Of a stretch of 64,000 bases of DNA, positions 1 through 8,622 are shown piece after piece; the stretch's first letter is position 1; each line of letters starts with the position of its first letter. Below the pieces are notes generated by a model. It was not told the DNA's origin and did not search any database. It saw only the letters and a program-made list of their open reading frames with translations. Where the stretch lies: positions 1,733,811 through 1,797,810 of the forward strand of contig OZ241980.1 of assembly GCA_965204285.1 (NCBI GenBank). The letters are read 5' to 3'. The translations under genes and the position numbers were made by a program. This DNA is from Candidatus Poribacteria bacterium (GTDB lineage Bacteria; Poribacteria; WGA-4E; WGA-3G).

Positions 1-878
1 TGTTTCCAAAAAACTGGATTAAACGACACTAATTGTCCGTTTCCCCAAATCGTTTCCAAATCCTGCGTGCACGTGTAATCCTTAAAAAAACGGGAAACAT
101 CATCTGCATCTCTCTGTACTGCAAGCCTGTTTTGAATGAGTTCTACGTTGAATGCATCAAGTTCAATACCTATCGATTTTCGCCCTAATTGTTCTGATAC
201 AACTAACGTTGTGCCTGAACCAGCAAACGGGTCAAGGACGACATCACCGGGATTTGTGGAGGAGAGGATAATCCGAAGGAGGAGTTGGATAGGAGTTTGT
301 TGTTTGTGTAGGCGATTCCCTTCCGCATCGCGAAGTGCTTCATCGCCAGCAAAATAGCCTGATGTTAACTCGCGAATGTCATCCCATACGTCTGTAACGA
401 ACATACCGTTTTCACGCGTGTACTTGTAATCTGCTGGGAGCGGTGGATCAATACGTAGACGATTGAAAACGCGTGGTGCTTTGCCTTTTGTAGCAAACCC
501 AATTATCTGATAGTGTTTTCCAAATCGCTTTGTTCCTGGAACTGCTGAGGTTTTCTTTTTCCAGACAATCAGATTTTGAAAAGTCCACCCACTATCGCGT
601 AAGCATTGCAAAACGAATTCTGTGTTTTTTTCGCGTTGCATGAAATAGATAGCACCACCATCGGAAGTTAATGCGTAGATTTTAGAGCATACCTCTCGCA
701 TCCACTCCCAATATTCTTCAGGAGGTAGGTTATCATTCCATTGATTGTATGCTTTGTCTTGATTAAAAGGAGGATCAAGGAAGGATAGGTCTATCTTTGA
801 GACAAAGTTGCTGGTATCCAAGGCTGTTGTGCAACTATCATGGAGCACGATACAGTCTTTGCTAAATGAGTTTCCCAT
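1..878 (-). CDS. DNA methyltransferase, beta-class N4-C/N6-A (partial; C-terminus runs off window start)
   Basis: Manual minus-strand translation gives MGNSFSKDCIVLHDS...IDLSFLDPPFNQD (motif IV DPPF), then ...DVVLDPFAGSGTT (motif I FxGxG). There is no stop before position 1, and the ORF is absent from the supplied track because it is truncated at the edge. Confidence 0.7.
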   Translation of the reverse strand, partial: MGNSFSKDCIVLHDSCTTALDTSNFVSKIDLSFLDPPFNQDKAYNQWNDNLPPEEYWEWMREVCSKIYALTSDGGAIYFMQREKNTEFVLQCLRDSGWTFQNLIVWKKKTSAVPGTKRFGKHYQIIGFATKGKAPRVFNRLRIDPPLPADYKYTRENGMFVTDVWDDIRELTSGYFAGDEALRDAEGNRLHKQQTPIQLLLRIILSSTNPGDVVLDPFAGSGTTLVVSEQLGRKSIGIELDAFNVELIQNRLAVQRDADDVSRFFKDYTCTQDLETIWGNGQLVSFNPVFWK

Positions 879-966
879 GGTGCCGCGCTCCCACATTAAC
901 AGAGTTCAGAGCAAAGTCTTCTTGAAGTGTTTGTGTGTCATAATCACCGGATTTACAGGTCGCTGG

Positions 967-1479
967 CTAAACCGTGTAATTTTTTATAATCTCTTCATCC
1001 AGATTTTCTAAAACATCTTTTGCGTCAGGCTGCATTGGTTTCTCTTTTTTTACTTCCGCTTCAAGGAAACCGTTCTCTTCAATGACATTCTCCTCAACAT
1101 AGATCGGCACTTCACATCGGATTGCGAGAGCAAGCGCATCGCTCGGGCGAGAATCTATATCGTATTCCTGCCCATTCAATTCAAGTTTTACTTGTGCAAA
1201 GAAGGTTGATTTTTCAACGGCATTGATACAGATAGAATTTATCTTACCGGAGATTGTGTCAATAACATTCTTGAGCAGGTCGTGTGTCATTGGTCGTGGC
1301 AGATCAACTTTTTTCAATCGGTTCTCTATTGCCCATGCCTCCGATTCACCGATCCATATCAATAATATCCGTTTAGATTCGCCATCTTTTTCTTTTAAGA
1401 CGACAACCGGTGCGCCTGTATTTCGATCAACGGTCAGAAATTCAATTTTAACTTCGACCATGTTATTTCTCCTTTTCAA
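967..1479 (-). CDS. bifunctional nuclease domain (DUF151/BFN) protein
   Basis: 170 aa with the RPMTHDLL...DSRPSDALALA motifs characteristic of the DUF151 bifunctional nuclease fold. It sits in tandem with a paralog. Confidence 0.6.
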   Translation of the reverse strand: MKRRNNMVEVKIEFLTVDRNTGAPVVVLKEKDGESKRILLIWIGESEAWAIENRLKKVDLPRPMTHDLLKNVIDTISGKINSICINAVEKSTFFAQVKLELNGQEYDIDSRPSDALALAIRCEVPIYVEENVIEENGFLEAEVKKEKPMQPDAKDVLENLDEEIIKNYTV

Positions 1480-1903
1480 AGAATCCGTGTTTTTCGATCA
1501 CATCGTCTTCCACATAGATTGGTGCGTTAGAGCGGATTGCGATGGCAAGCGCATCACTCGGTCGCGAATCTATGTTGAGGTCTTGAATGTTGGATTTGAG
1601 TTTCACCTTTGCATAAAAGGTTGCGTTTTTAACAACATTGATGTAGATAGCCTCTACCTTGGCTGAAAGCGCGTCAATGATATTTTTCAGCAAATCATGA
1701 GTCATCGGACGCGGATGCTCCGTTTTTGCCAAAGCAGTTTTGATTGCTATCGCTTCATTCCTACCGATCCATATCAACATTTTTCGTTTAGGTTCACCTG
1801 TTATTTCTTGCAAAACGACTACCGGTACGCCATTGTTTTGGTCAACCGCCCCTGGCTTGTCATCCTGCTCAACAAGAATATCGTTGATTATAACTTCAAC
1901 CAT
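1463..1903 (-). CDS. bifunctional nuclease domain (DUF151/BFN) protein, paralog
   Basis: 146 aa with the same RPMTHDLLKN / DSRPSDALAIA motifs. It overlaps the downstream paralog by 17 bp. Confidence 0.6.
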   Translation of the reverse strand: MVEVIINDILVEQDDKPGAVDQNNGVPVVVLQEITGEPKRKMLIWIGRNEAIAIKTALAKTEHPRPMTHDLLKNIIDALSAKVEAIYINVVKNATFYAKVKLKSNIQDLNIDSRPSDALAIAIRSNAPIYVEDDVIEKHGFFEKEK

Positions 1904-1970
1904 TGTTCTGCCCTTTTGTGTTAAAAAGTTACACTGGCAATAAGGTTTTGATTAAATTATCTACAGTAAT

Positions 1971-3836
1971 TTAATCAGAAACAGGATCGGACTCTGAATC
2001 TGATTCAGAGTCAGAAACAGTGTTTCGATTTAATCCTTTAGCATAATCTGAAATTGTCTGCCCAATTTTCGCTGTATCAATGCCGCTAAAGTTCACAAGT
2101 TCCTTCAGGAGTGGCATTGCAGCGCCAGCGTTGACAATAGACCCAAGAATGCGGTTCATACTACCAGAACTACCGTTACCACCGCCATTACCACCTAAGT
2201 CAAGCACGCGGATGCTTTCAATACGTTCCGCAGGCTTCATTAACTCATTCGTGACTTCAGGTAGTGCTTCTACGAGTGCAAGCACAGCATCACTGACAAG
2301 TACTTGTGGCTCAGCCTGATTTTTGGCGGTAATTAATGCTTCTTCACCATCTGCTTCCGCTCTGGCTTCAACAAGTAGCGCTTCGGAGAGTATCTTTGTT
2401 GCTTCAGCCTTGACTTGCGCTGCTTCAAGTTCTGCCTTTGCTGTTTCAACAATAGTATACACCTCAGCATCAGCAGTCTTTTCTTTGGCAATTCTTTCTT
2501 CGTCCGCTTCCTGCTCGGCACGAATCAGTTCTACTTTGCTTTCACGCTCCGCTTTTTCAATTGCTTCAGCTGTTTCAACAGCAGCTTCAGCCCGTGCTTT
2601 TTCTGCAGAAACTCCTAAGAATTCAATAAGGGCAGCCTCACGTTCTTTTTCCTTTATTGAAACCATAATAGTGTTTTCTGCCTCAGCTTCTTTCTCTTCA
2701 CGTTCTTTGTCTAACAGAATAATTCTACGTTCAATATCAGTCTCTTTGATAGTTGCCTCTTGGTCAATTTTAGCTTTTTCTATAGTTAGGTTACGCTGAA
2801 TTTCTGCCTCTTCAACCGTTTGCTGTTGCTGAACACGAGCGATTTCAACAGCCTGTTTTTGTGAGATTTCACTTTCTTGGACCATGCGTTCCTGTTCAAT
2901 CCGTTCCATCTCAATTTTTTGAGTCTGTATAATTTCAGTGGATTTCACAGCCTGTTCCTGTTTGATGCGTGCTTCCTCAACCGCCTGCAACTGCTCAAAC
3001 TTATGTGCTTCAACCGCGCGTTCCTGTTCAGCCTTGTTCGTAGCAATTTCCTTGCGCTGCTCTTCTTGTGCAAACTCAAGCCTCTGTTCAACCTCTAAAG
3101 CTTTGGTTTCTGTTTCCTCTTCCTTTTGCTTAATTTCGAGTTCCGCGAGGAGACGATCTTCTTCACGTCTGACCTTGTTTTCATGCTCAATCTTGGCGGT
3201 TTCAGTCTGCTTTTCTTCCACTTCCTTCTTGATCGTCATAATTGCAACGACATCAAATCGGTTGTTTTCATCAAGCGATTCAAGGGGTGTCTGGTCAAGG
3301 TTGGTAACAGCCACGGTTTCAAGTTTAAAGCCGTTCTGTTCAAGATCCTCAAGGCATGCCTCCTGAACCTGGTCGGAAAATTCCTGGCGTTTTTCATGAA
3401 GTTCCTGCAAGTCCATAGTCGCAGCAACACTTCTTAGCACACCAACGAGTTTACCTTCCAGCAACGAATTCACCGCCTGGGGTGTTAAGGTTTTATCACC
3501 GAGACTGGCTACAGCTTTAAGCACATCTGCTTCATTCGGTTCAATTTTTACATAGAACTCCGCTTGTATGTCAACTCGTAAACTGTCCTTAGTAATTAAA
3601 GCTGCTTGTCCCTCACGTTCAACAGGGAGTTGCAACGTATTTAAAGAAATGATCTGCGTCACATTCGTGATTGGATTAACGAGTGTTCCGCCAAACACAA
3701 CCCGTTTTTTGCTTCCCCCTGAGATTACTAACGCTGCGTCTGCAGGGGCTTTTTTATAGAAAGATTTGTATATTAGTACAAAAATAACAAACAACGCAAT
3801 GAGACCGCCCACAATGATTATAAACAAATCTGGCAT
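1971..3836 (-). CDS. flotillin-like SPFH/band-7 protein
   Basis: 621 aa with an N-terminal TM helix, an SPFH domain, a long E/A/Q-rich coiled coil and an acidic SDSESD tail. Confidence 0.8.
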   Translation of the reverse strand: MPDLFIIIVGGLIALFVIFVLIYKSFYKKAPADAALVISGGSKKRVVFGGTLVNPITNVTQIISLNTLQLPVEREGQAALITKDSLRVDIQAEFYVKIEPNEADVLKAVASLGDKTLTPQAVNSLLEGKLVGVLRSVAATMDLQELHEKRQEFSDQVQEACLEDLEQNGFKLETVAVTNLDQTPLESLDENNRFDVVAIMTIKKEVEEKQTETAKIEHENKVRREEDRLLAELEIKQKEEETETKALEVEQRLEFAQEEQRKEIATNKAEQERAVEAHKFEQLQAVEEARIKQEQAVKSTEIIQTQKIEMERIEQERMVQESEISQKQAVEIARVQQQQTVEEAEIQRNLTIEKAKIDQEATIKETDIERRIILLDKEREEKEAEAENTIMVSIKEKEREAALIEFLGVSAEKARAEAAVETAEAIEKAERESKVELIRAEQEADEERIAKEKTADAEVYTIVETAKAELEAAQVKAEATKILSEALLVEARAEADGEEALITAKNQAEPQVLVSDAVLALVEALPEVTNELMKPAERIESIRVLDLGGNGGGNGSSGSMNRILGSIVNAGAAMPLLKELVNFSGIDTAKIGQTISDYAKGLNRNTVSDSESDSESDPVSD

Positions 3837-3884
3837 TTCATATCTCCTTTACTTCAAAATCATGTTGATGATAGGAATCAGCAT

Positions 3885-4673
3885 TTAATGCAATTCCGCT
3901 TCTACAGGTTTTACATCAAATATTCGTTTATCAGGATCATAGTTAATTAAAATTACAATATCGCCCTTTACTGGATTGGGTTCATCTGGTTTGACACGAC
4001 ATTTCACTGTTAAGGTATTACCATCCGGAGCTTGTACGCGGGCAGTGCCGAAAGTCGTTGTGATTTGACCGCTAATCACCCTGCCTTGCAATCCGAGTAG
4101 GTGAAGATCCTTTGTAGGTGGATCACTTTCAGGAAAAATCTTTGCAAGTGTAAACGATAGATATCGAGTACCTAAAACACTACAGACAAGCGCAGCGGAA
4201 CAGGATATCCAAAAGAATAGGCTTGGTGCTGCGTTCACATTCAGAATTTCATTGACGATTAAACCGGTGAAACCCCACGTTGTAAAGAGTGCCATCACCA
4301 CAACCATAAAGGGAACTCTTCCTACGTTCAGGAAACCCAAAACGTCAATAAAAATATTGCCACTTATACCGGAATCCGCACCTATATCAGTATCGGCATC
4401 AACGTCTGCATCTACATCCATGTCTACATCCGCATCAACGTCAATATCCACGTCAGCGTCAACATCAACGTCTACATCGGCATCAACGTCGAAGTCAACA
4501 TCAGCGTCCACATCAAAATCCACATCGGCATCAACGTCTGCATCCACATCAGCATTCCCGCCAAAGTCCAGACCACCGAGGATTAGCCGGAAAATTGCAA
4601 ACAGAAACACGACAGCAAGTGGTGCAGTAAACCATACATTATATGTTACAGTTAGGTAAGTCCAAAATCCCAT
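3885..4673 (-). CDS. NfeD-like membrane protein (flotillin partner, YqiJ-like) with (DVDA)n insert
   Basis: 262 aa membrane protein with a C-terminal OB-fold-like region ([10 protein letters not shown]). It lies directly upstream of flotillin, as in nfeD-floT operons. Confidence 0.6.
   Translation of the reverse strand: MGFWTYLTVTYNVWFTAPLAVVFLFAIFRLILGGLDFGGNADVDADVDADVDFDVDADVDFDVDADVDVDVDADVDIDVDADVDMDVDADVDADTDIGADSGISGNIFIDVLGFLNVGRVPFMVVVMALFTTWGFTGLIVNEILNVNAAPSLFFWISCSAALVCSVLGTRYLSFTLAKIFPESDPPTKDLHLLGLQGRVISGQITTTFGTARVQAPDGNTLTVKCRVKPDEPNPVKGDIVILINYDPDKRIFDVKPVEAELH
4385..4560. repeat. 12-bp tandem coding repeat (gcatcaacgtcN)n encoding (DVDA/DVDF)n
   Basis: About 14 tandem units are visible in the DNA, giving the protein tract [20 protein letters not shown]... 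Confidence 0.85.
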
Positions 4674-4675
4674 AA

Positions 4676-5083
4676 TTACCTCTGTATCTGTTCAACGATG
4701 AGTTGATAGGCGCGACGCGCTTCACGCAAACTCATGTTATCAATCCAAAAACTATTGCGTTTGACATTAATTTCAAGCCGTGCTTGTCCAAAAAACCGAT
4801 GCTTCAAAAGTCGGGCAAGTTTCACAGTGCTAATTTCGCTAAAAAACACATTACCTCGGATATTGGCGTAAGAGATAGCCAAACTTCCCATATATCTTTC
4901 GTCTAAGATAAGCACCCGTAACGTGGTAATCAAAACAAAATCAGGGTGCAGCAGCGAGGAACGACCAAGAACACATAAACATATCTGTTCATTTGGCTGA
5001 AACTCTGCCTTGGCAATCTGTTGAATACGGATTGGAAGATTCTCAAAATCAGCCATCGTGCTTGTCCTCTTATATTGAGACAT
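4676..5083 (-). CDS. hypothetical protein (possible bacterial PH-like domain), first gene of flotillin operon
   Basis: 135 aa ORF immediately upstream of nfeD on the same strand. No recognisable motif was found. Confidence 0.4.
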   Translation of the reverse strand: MSQYKRTSTMADFENLPIRIQQIAKAEFQPNEQICLCVLGRSSLLHPDFVLITTLRVLILDERYMGSLAISYANIRGNVFFSEISTVKLARLLKHRFFGQARLEINVKRNSFWIDNMSLREARRAYQLIVEQIQR

Positions 5084-5179
5084 TTATCAGCGGAAAGATA
5101 GCAAAAATTTACTTTAGGTCACTGGCAAATATATGTATGTGCTTTATAGTAAAATCTAAAATATGTTTACACTTCTTCT

Positions 5180-5243
5180 GTAGGAGCGATCTCCGAATCG
5201 CGACGAAACGCTTTGATAGTCGGGGATTGGAGTTCCCTCCCGT
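5180..5243. repeat. REP-like palindromic element pair (GTAGGAGCGATCTCCGAATCGCGAC ... inverted variant)
   Basis: A-type unit at 5180-5204 and an inverted B-type unit at 5219-5241. Confidence 0.8.
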
Positions 5244-5340
5244 CAAATGCCATACGGGGAACGCCTTAATGGCGTTCATACCGTTGATTTGGCGCATTTG
5301 GCGTTGATTCACAGAAGATTCATTGATGCCGAGTGGGTGA

Positions 5341-5694
5341 TGGAGGTGGCGGGAATTGAACCCGCGTCCGAAAGCATATTGATAAAGGCTACTACATGTT
5401 TATCACAGGTTTTGAGTTTTCGCTGTCCAGACTCCCCTATGCGGGATTCATGGAGGCTATCTCAAGTTTAGGTTCACGGTATGTCCCTTGAGAACAATCA
5501 AACCGCTATCCCGTATTGCGGCGCTTTAGCTTCCCTGACGGGAAACAGGTTGGCCAAGCGTAGCTGCGTACTAAGCAGCTAATGCTAATTCTTGATCAGC
5601 AATTATAATTGTTCCGCCTATTTAACGAGGCCTGCGGAGACCTCGACATGCAACCTGTATCGCAATTACCTCCGTCGAAACCAAGGTCACCCCC
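5341..5694 (-). ncRNA. ssrA: tmRNA (ssrA)
   Basis: The reverse complement begins GGGGGUGACCUUGGUUUCGACGG and ends GGACGCGGGUUCAAUUCCCGCCACCUCCA. The tag reading frame ends ...ADQELALAA stop. Confidence 0.85.
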
Positions 5695-5712
5695 AAATTA
5701 TATTTTGTGAAT

Positions 5713-6174
5713 TTATGTATATTCTCGTATTTCTCGGTTAGCGTGTTCACGCTCAATTTTATCGCGCTTATCGTAGAATCGCTTCCCTTGTGCGACTGCT
5801 AATTCTACTTTTACCTTTCCGCCACTAAAGTAAGCACGTGTCGGAACTAAGGTCATTCCCTTTGACTGAACTGCTCGTGTCAATTTTCTTATTTCGTTAC
5901 GATGCAGCAAGAGTTTACGGGGACGTTTCGGTTCATGATTCATCCGATTTCCCTGATCATACAAACCGATAAACGCATCAATGAGAAATATCTCTCCGTC
6001 TGTTATTTGTGCGTAGCTGTCGGTCAGGTTAAACTGTCCGTTTCTAATCGCTTTTACTTCAGTCCCCTGCAAAACGATGCCTGCCTCATACCGATCGTGC
6101 AGATGATAGTCATAACGCGCTTTACGGTTGACAGTAATCGTTGGATTCTGTGGGGATTTCTTTTTATCTTTCAC
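5713..6174 (-). CDS. smpB: SsrA-binding protein SmpB
   Basis: KARYDYHL..EAGIVLQGTEVKAIRNG motifs. The longest ORF extends to 6246, but a GTG at 6174 with an AAGGG RBS gives the canonical ~154 aa length. Confidence 0.75.
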   Translation of the reverse strand: MKDKKKSPQNPTITVNRKARYDYHLHDRYEAGIVLQGTEVKAIRNGQFNLTDSYAQITDGEIFLIDAFIGLYDQGNRMNHEPKRPRKLLLHRNEIRKLTRAVQSKGMTLVPTRAYFSGGKVKVELAVAQGKRFYDKRDKIEREHANREIREYT

Positions 6175-6281
6175 AATAACCCTTATTTTACCATATATTA
6201 TATGAAGTGTGCAAGGAAAATGTGGTTTAATGGCAGAGGCATTCAATTTTCCAATTATTTCTTTTTTTTAAAACCTCTTCT

Positions 6282-6307
6282 TGTAGGAGCGAACTCCAGC
6301 TCGCGAC
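6282..6307. repeat. REP-like element variant (TGTAGGAGCGAACTCCAGCTCGCGAC)
   Basis: Same GTAGGAG..GAC frame with the stem changed to GAGC/GCTC. Confidence 0.7.
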
Positions 6308-6521
6308 CTTTCGACCAAAACGGGTTATAAACCGACAATTGAATGCCTCTGGCTATTAATTGGAATTAAGCGACTAATATGATTAATTTTGATAAATTAA
6401 GATAAAATAACACATTTTTTCACTTTATGCAACCTGTAGACCAAAAACTGTGTCTTTAATATCATAAATACGAAATGTATCAATTTTACTGAACTATTTA
6501 TCAAATATAAGGAGCAGAACA

Positions 6522-7307
6522 ATGAAAAGATTTGTCCTCTTACTATTTCTAATCATAGCACCAGGACTCGCAATAAGCGAACCACCAGAAGAGATGGTGC
6601 TGATATCCGCAGGGGAGTTTACGATGGGTACAGACGATCCGAATGCATCGGATGACCAGAAACCTACACGCAAAGTGAATGTAAAGGCTTTTTACATTGA
6701 CAAACACGAAGTTACAAACGCCGAATTTCAAGCATTTATCTTAGCAGATGGATACAATAAACAGGAATACTGGACAAAAGAAGGGTGGGATTTCATTCAG
6801 AAGGAACGATTTGTCTATAGTTATCCAGCAAAGAGAAAGTATCGGATTGACAAACCACTCGGTTTTGAGGGAAATTCTGTATCACGAGAACCTGACCATC
6901 CCGTTATTGGGGTAAGTTGGTATGAGGCTTCTGCTTATGCTGTATGGGCAGGCAAACGTCTACCGACCGAGGCAGAATGGGAGAAGGCTGCCAGAGGCAC
7001 TGATGCACGTCTCTATCCGTGGGGTAACGATTTTGATTTTTCCAAGCTAAATTATTTCCCCCATCACGAAAAGTTATCTCCTGTTGGGAGTTATCCAGAT
7101 GGCGCGAGTCCTTATGGTGTGCTGGATATGGCAGGTAATGTTGCTGAATGGTGCGCGGATAATATCCAAGATGATGATAAAAAGGCCGTTCGCGGTGGTG
7201 GATGGAATTCTGTCCGATTACATCTGCGTTCCACCCATCGCGTAGCACATCCACCTTCATATAGATATTATAACATCGGTTTCAGATGTGCAAAGGATAT
7301 TGAGTAG
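6522..7307 (+). CDS. formylglycine-generating enzyme (SUMF1/FGE-sulfatase) family protein, secreted
   Basis: Signal peptide followed by GVSWYEA..YAVWAGKRLPTEAEWE..GNVAEW..RGG..W and a RCA C-terminal motif. AAGGAG RBS. Confidence 0.75.
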   Translation: MKRFVLLLFLIIAPGLAISEPPEEMVLISAGEFTMGTDDPNASDDQKPTRKVNVKAFYIDKHEVTNAEFQAFILADGYNKQEYWTKEGWDFIQKERFVYSYPAKRKYRIDKPLGFEGNSVSREPDHPVIGVSWYEASAYAVWAGKRLPTEAEWEKAARGTDARLYPWGNDFDFSKLNYFPHHEKLSPVGSYPDGASPYGVLDMAGNVAEWCADNIQDDDKKAVRGGGWNSVRLHLRSTHRVAHPPSYRYYNIGFRCAKDIE

Positions 7308-7462
7308 GAGCGATCTCCGAATCGCGATGGTAGGAGCGAGCGATCTCCGAATCACGATGGTAGGAGCGAGCGATCTCCGAATCGCGATGGTAGATAATCG
7401 GGAATCGGAGTTCCCTCCTACAATGAGCAACATGACGGGGGACGATCTCCGAATCGAGAACT
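7304..7462. repeat. tandem array of REP-like units (3 A-type units, period ~33 bp, plus inverted B-type unit and a partial copy)
   Basis: gtaggagcgatctccgaatcgcgatg occurs three times, followed by tcgggaatcggagttccctcctaca. Confidence 0.8.
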
Positions 7463-7502
7463 ACATACATAGATTACAAAATCATATATGAGGGTAATTA
7501 GC

Positions 7503-8519
7503 ATGCATAGAATAATTATTATGACTCTTCTAATTTTATTCTCCTTCTACAACTTGAACTATGCAGAAGACATCTCAATAGAAGAACTCATACGCGGCAT
7601 CAATAAGCAGCAAATAAAGATTCTGAGTGGTGAAGTCTATTCCAAAACCATGAATTTCAGACCCGCTTCAAAAACTGAAGAGGAGATCGCTGAATGGATG
7701 AAGACAGAAAAGAAAAAGAAGTTATTAGAATACATTCCCAGTGAACCCGATCTGGATGTTGATGTAAAACAGTATGAAACAGAATATCTCATACCTTATC
7801 TGAACTCCTGGGCAAATCGTTATCGTGAACACACAGAGACAGAACTTAAGACAACAATCTTCCGCGTCCTAAATCCAGATGATGAGAAACTTCCAAAACA
7901 AGATCAATATAAGGTAACGGTGGTAAGGAATCCAGGGCATCCGATAGATAGGATGTCGGAGTTGTATATACCATCAGATAGTATCTATCTACTTGCCTTT
8001 GATACGTACAAGCAGGTGAAACAACGTATAGGTAACATTCTCTTTTCAAGTAGTTCTTCATCTGCTGTAAGTTTTTATGATTCCAATTATCACGGAGGTT
8101 ATTTGAAGTTTGCTAAGTTTGGCAGGTCACCTGATCGTGTTCCATCCGATGCTAAAGAAATTGGTGAAGAACAGATAGACGGTGTGGATTGTCGTATCAT
8201 CACTTATACCTCCCCAAGGGGACTGAAAGTTCGGGTGTGGGTTGATCCTGAAAAAGATTTTGCTGTTCATCAATTTGAATATCTACATCCTACAAAGGGA
8301 AATGTTCGCTGGCGGAGTGTTTATAAAGCGTTCAAAAAATATGGAGATTTATGGTTTCCCAAAATCTTAATAGGCAGTTCCTATTTTGAAGATGGATCAT
8401 TGCGAAATCACTATACAGTTGAAGTAATTGATGCGGAATTCAATGTTAGTTTTCCCGAAGATTTTTTTGATATTGATAGAGATTTTTATAAGCCGCGGAA
8501 TTTTATATTTAATCAATAA
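7503..8519 (+). CDS. secreted protein of unknown function, paralog 1 of 3 (possible LolA/RseB-like fold)
   Basis: Signal peptide. Shared motifs with the ORFs at 8623 and 10722: EELIxGxNK..SGEVYSKT, TEEEIAEW, YLxP..NRYRxH, WVDPEKD(F/Y)AVH, DAEFNV(S/D)FP(E/D)xFF. The start is placed at the second ATG (GAGGG RBS); the track starts at 7488. Confidence 0.55.
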   Translation: MHRIIIMTLLILFSFYNLNYAEDISIEELIRGINKQQIKILSGEVYSKTMNFRPASKTEEEIAEWMKTEKKKKLLEYIPSEPDLDVDVKQYETEYLIPYLNSWANRYREHTETELKTTIFRVLNPDDEKLPKQDQYKVTVVRNPGHPIDRMSELYIPSDSIYLLAFDTYKQVKQRIGNILFSSSSSSAVSFYDSNYHGGYLKFAKFGRSPDRVPSDAKEIGEEQIDGVDCRIITYTSPRGLKVRVWVDPEKDFAVHQFEYLHPTKGNVRWRSVYKAFKKYGDLWFPKILIGSSYFEDGSLRNHYTVEVIDAEFNVSFPEDFFDIDRDFYKPRNFIFNQ

Positions 8520-8525
8520 ACTCGT

Positions 8526-8584
8526 GGGATCGATCTCCGAATCGTGACAATATTCTATTCGGGAATCGGAGTTCCCTCCTACAG
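8526..8584. repeat. REP-like inverted pair
   Basis: gatcgatctccgaatcgtgac ... tcgggaatcggagttccctcctacag. Confidence 0.75.
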
Positions 8585-8622
8585 AACGTATACAGTAAAC
8601 TAATACTGAAGGAGAATTCAAA

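Noticed and set aside
136-1011. Plus-strand ORFs at 136-357 and 808-1011
   Set aside because: The minus strand over 1-878 encodes a clean DNA methyltransferase with motifs IV and I. The plus-strand ORFs are short and motif-less.
2323-2799. Plus-strand ORFs inside the flotillin gene (2080-2319, 2323-2799, 2938-3366 and others) with Ala/Ser-rich translations
   Set aside because: They are antisense to a well-supported SPFH/coiled-coil gene. The low-complexity E/A/Q coding repeat on the sense strand produces long open frames on the opposite strand.
4252-4659. 135-aa plus-strand ORF with (STSA)n translation
   Set aside because: This is the antisense reading of the 12-bp (DVDA)n coding repeat in the NfeD-like gene.
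5247-5471. 74-aa plus-strand ORF downstream of smpB
   Set aside because: It overlaps the tmRNA gene on the opposite strand. The region is explained by ssrA plus a REP element.
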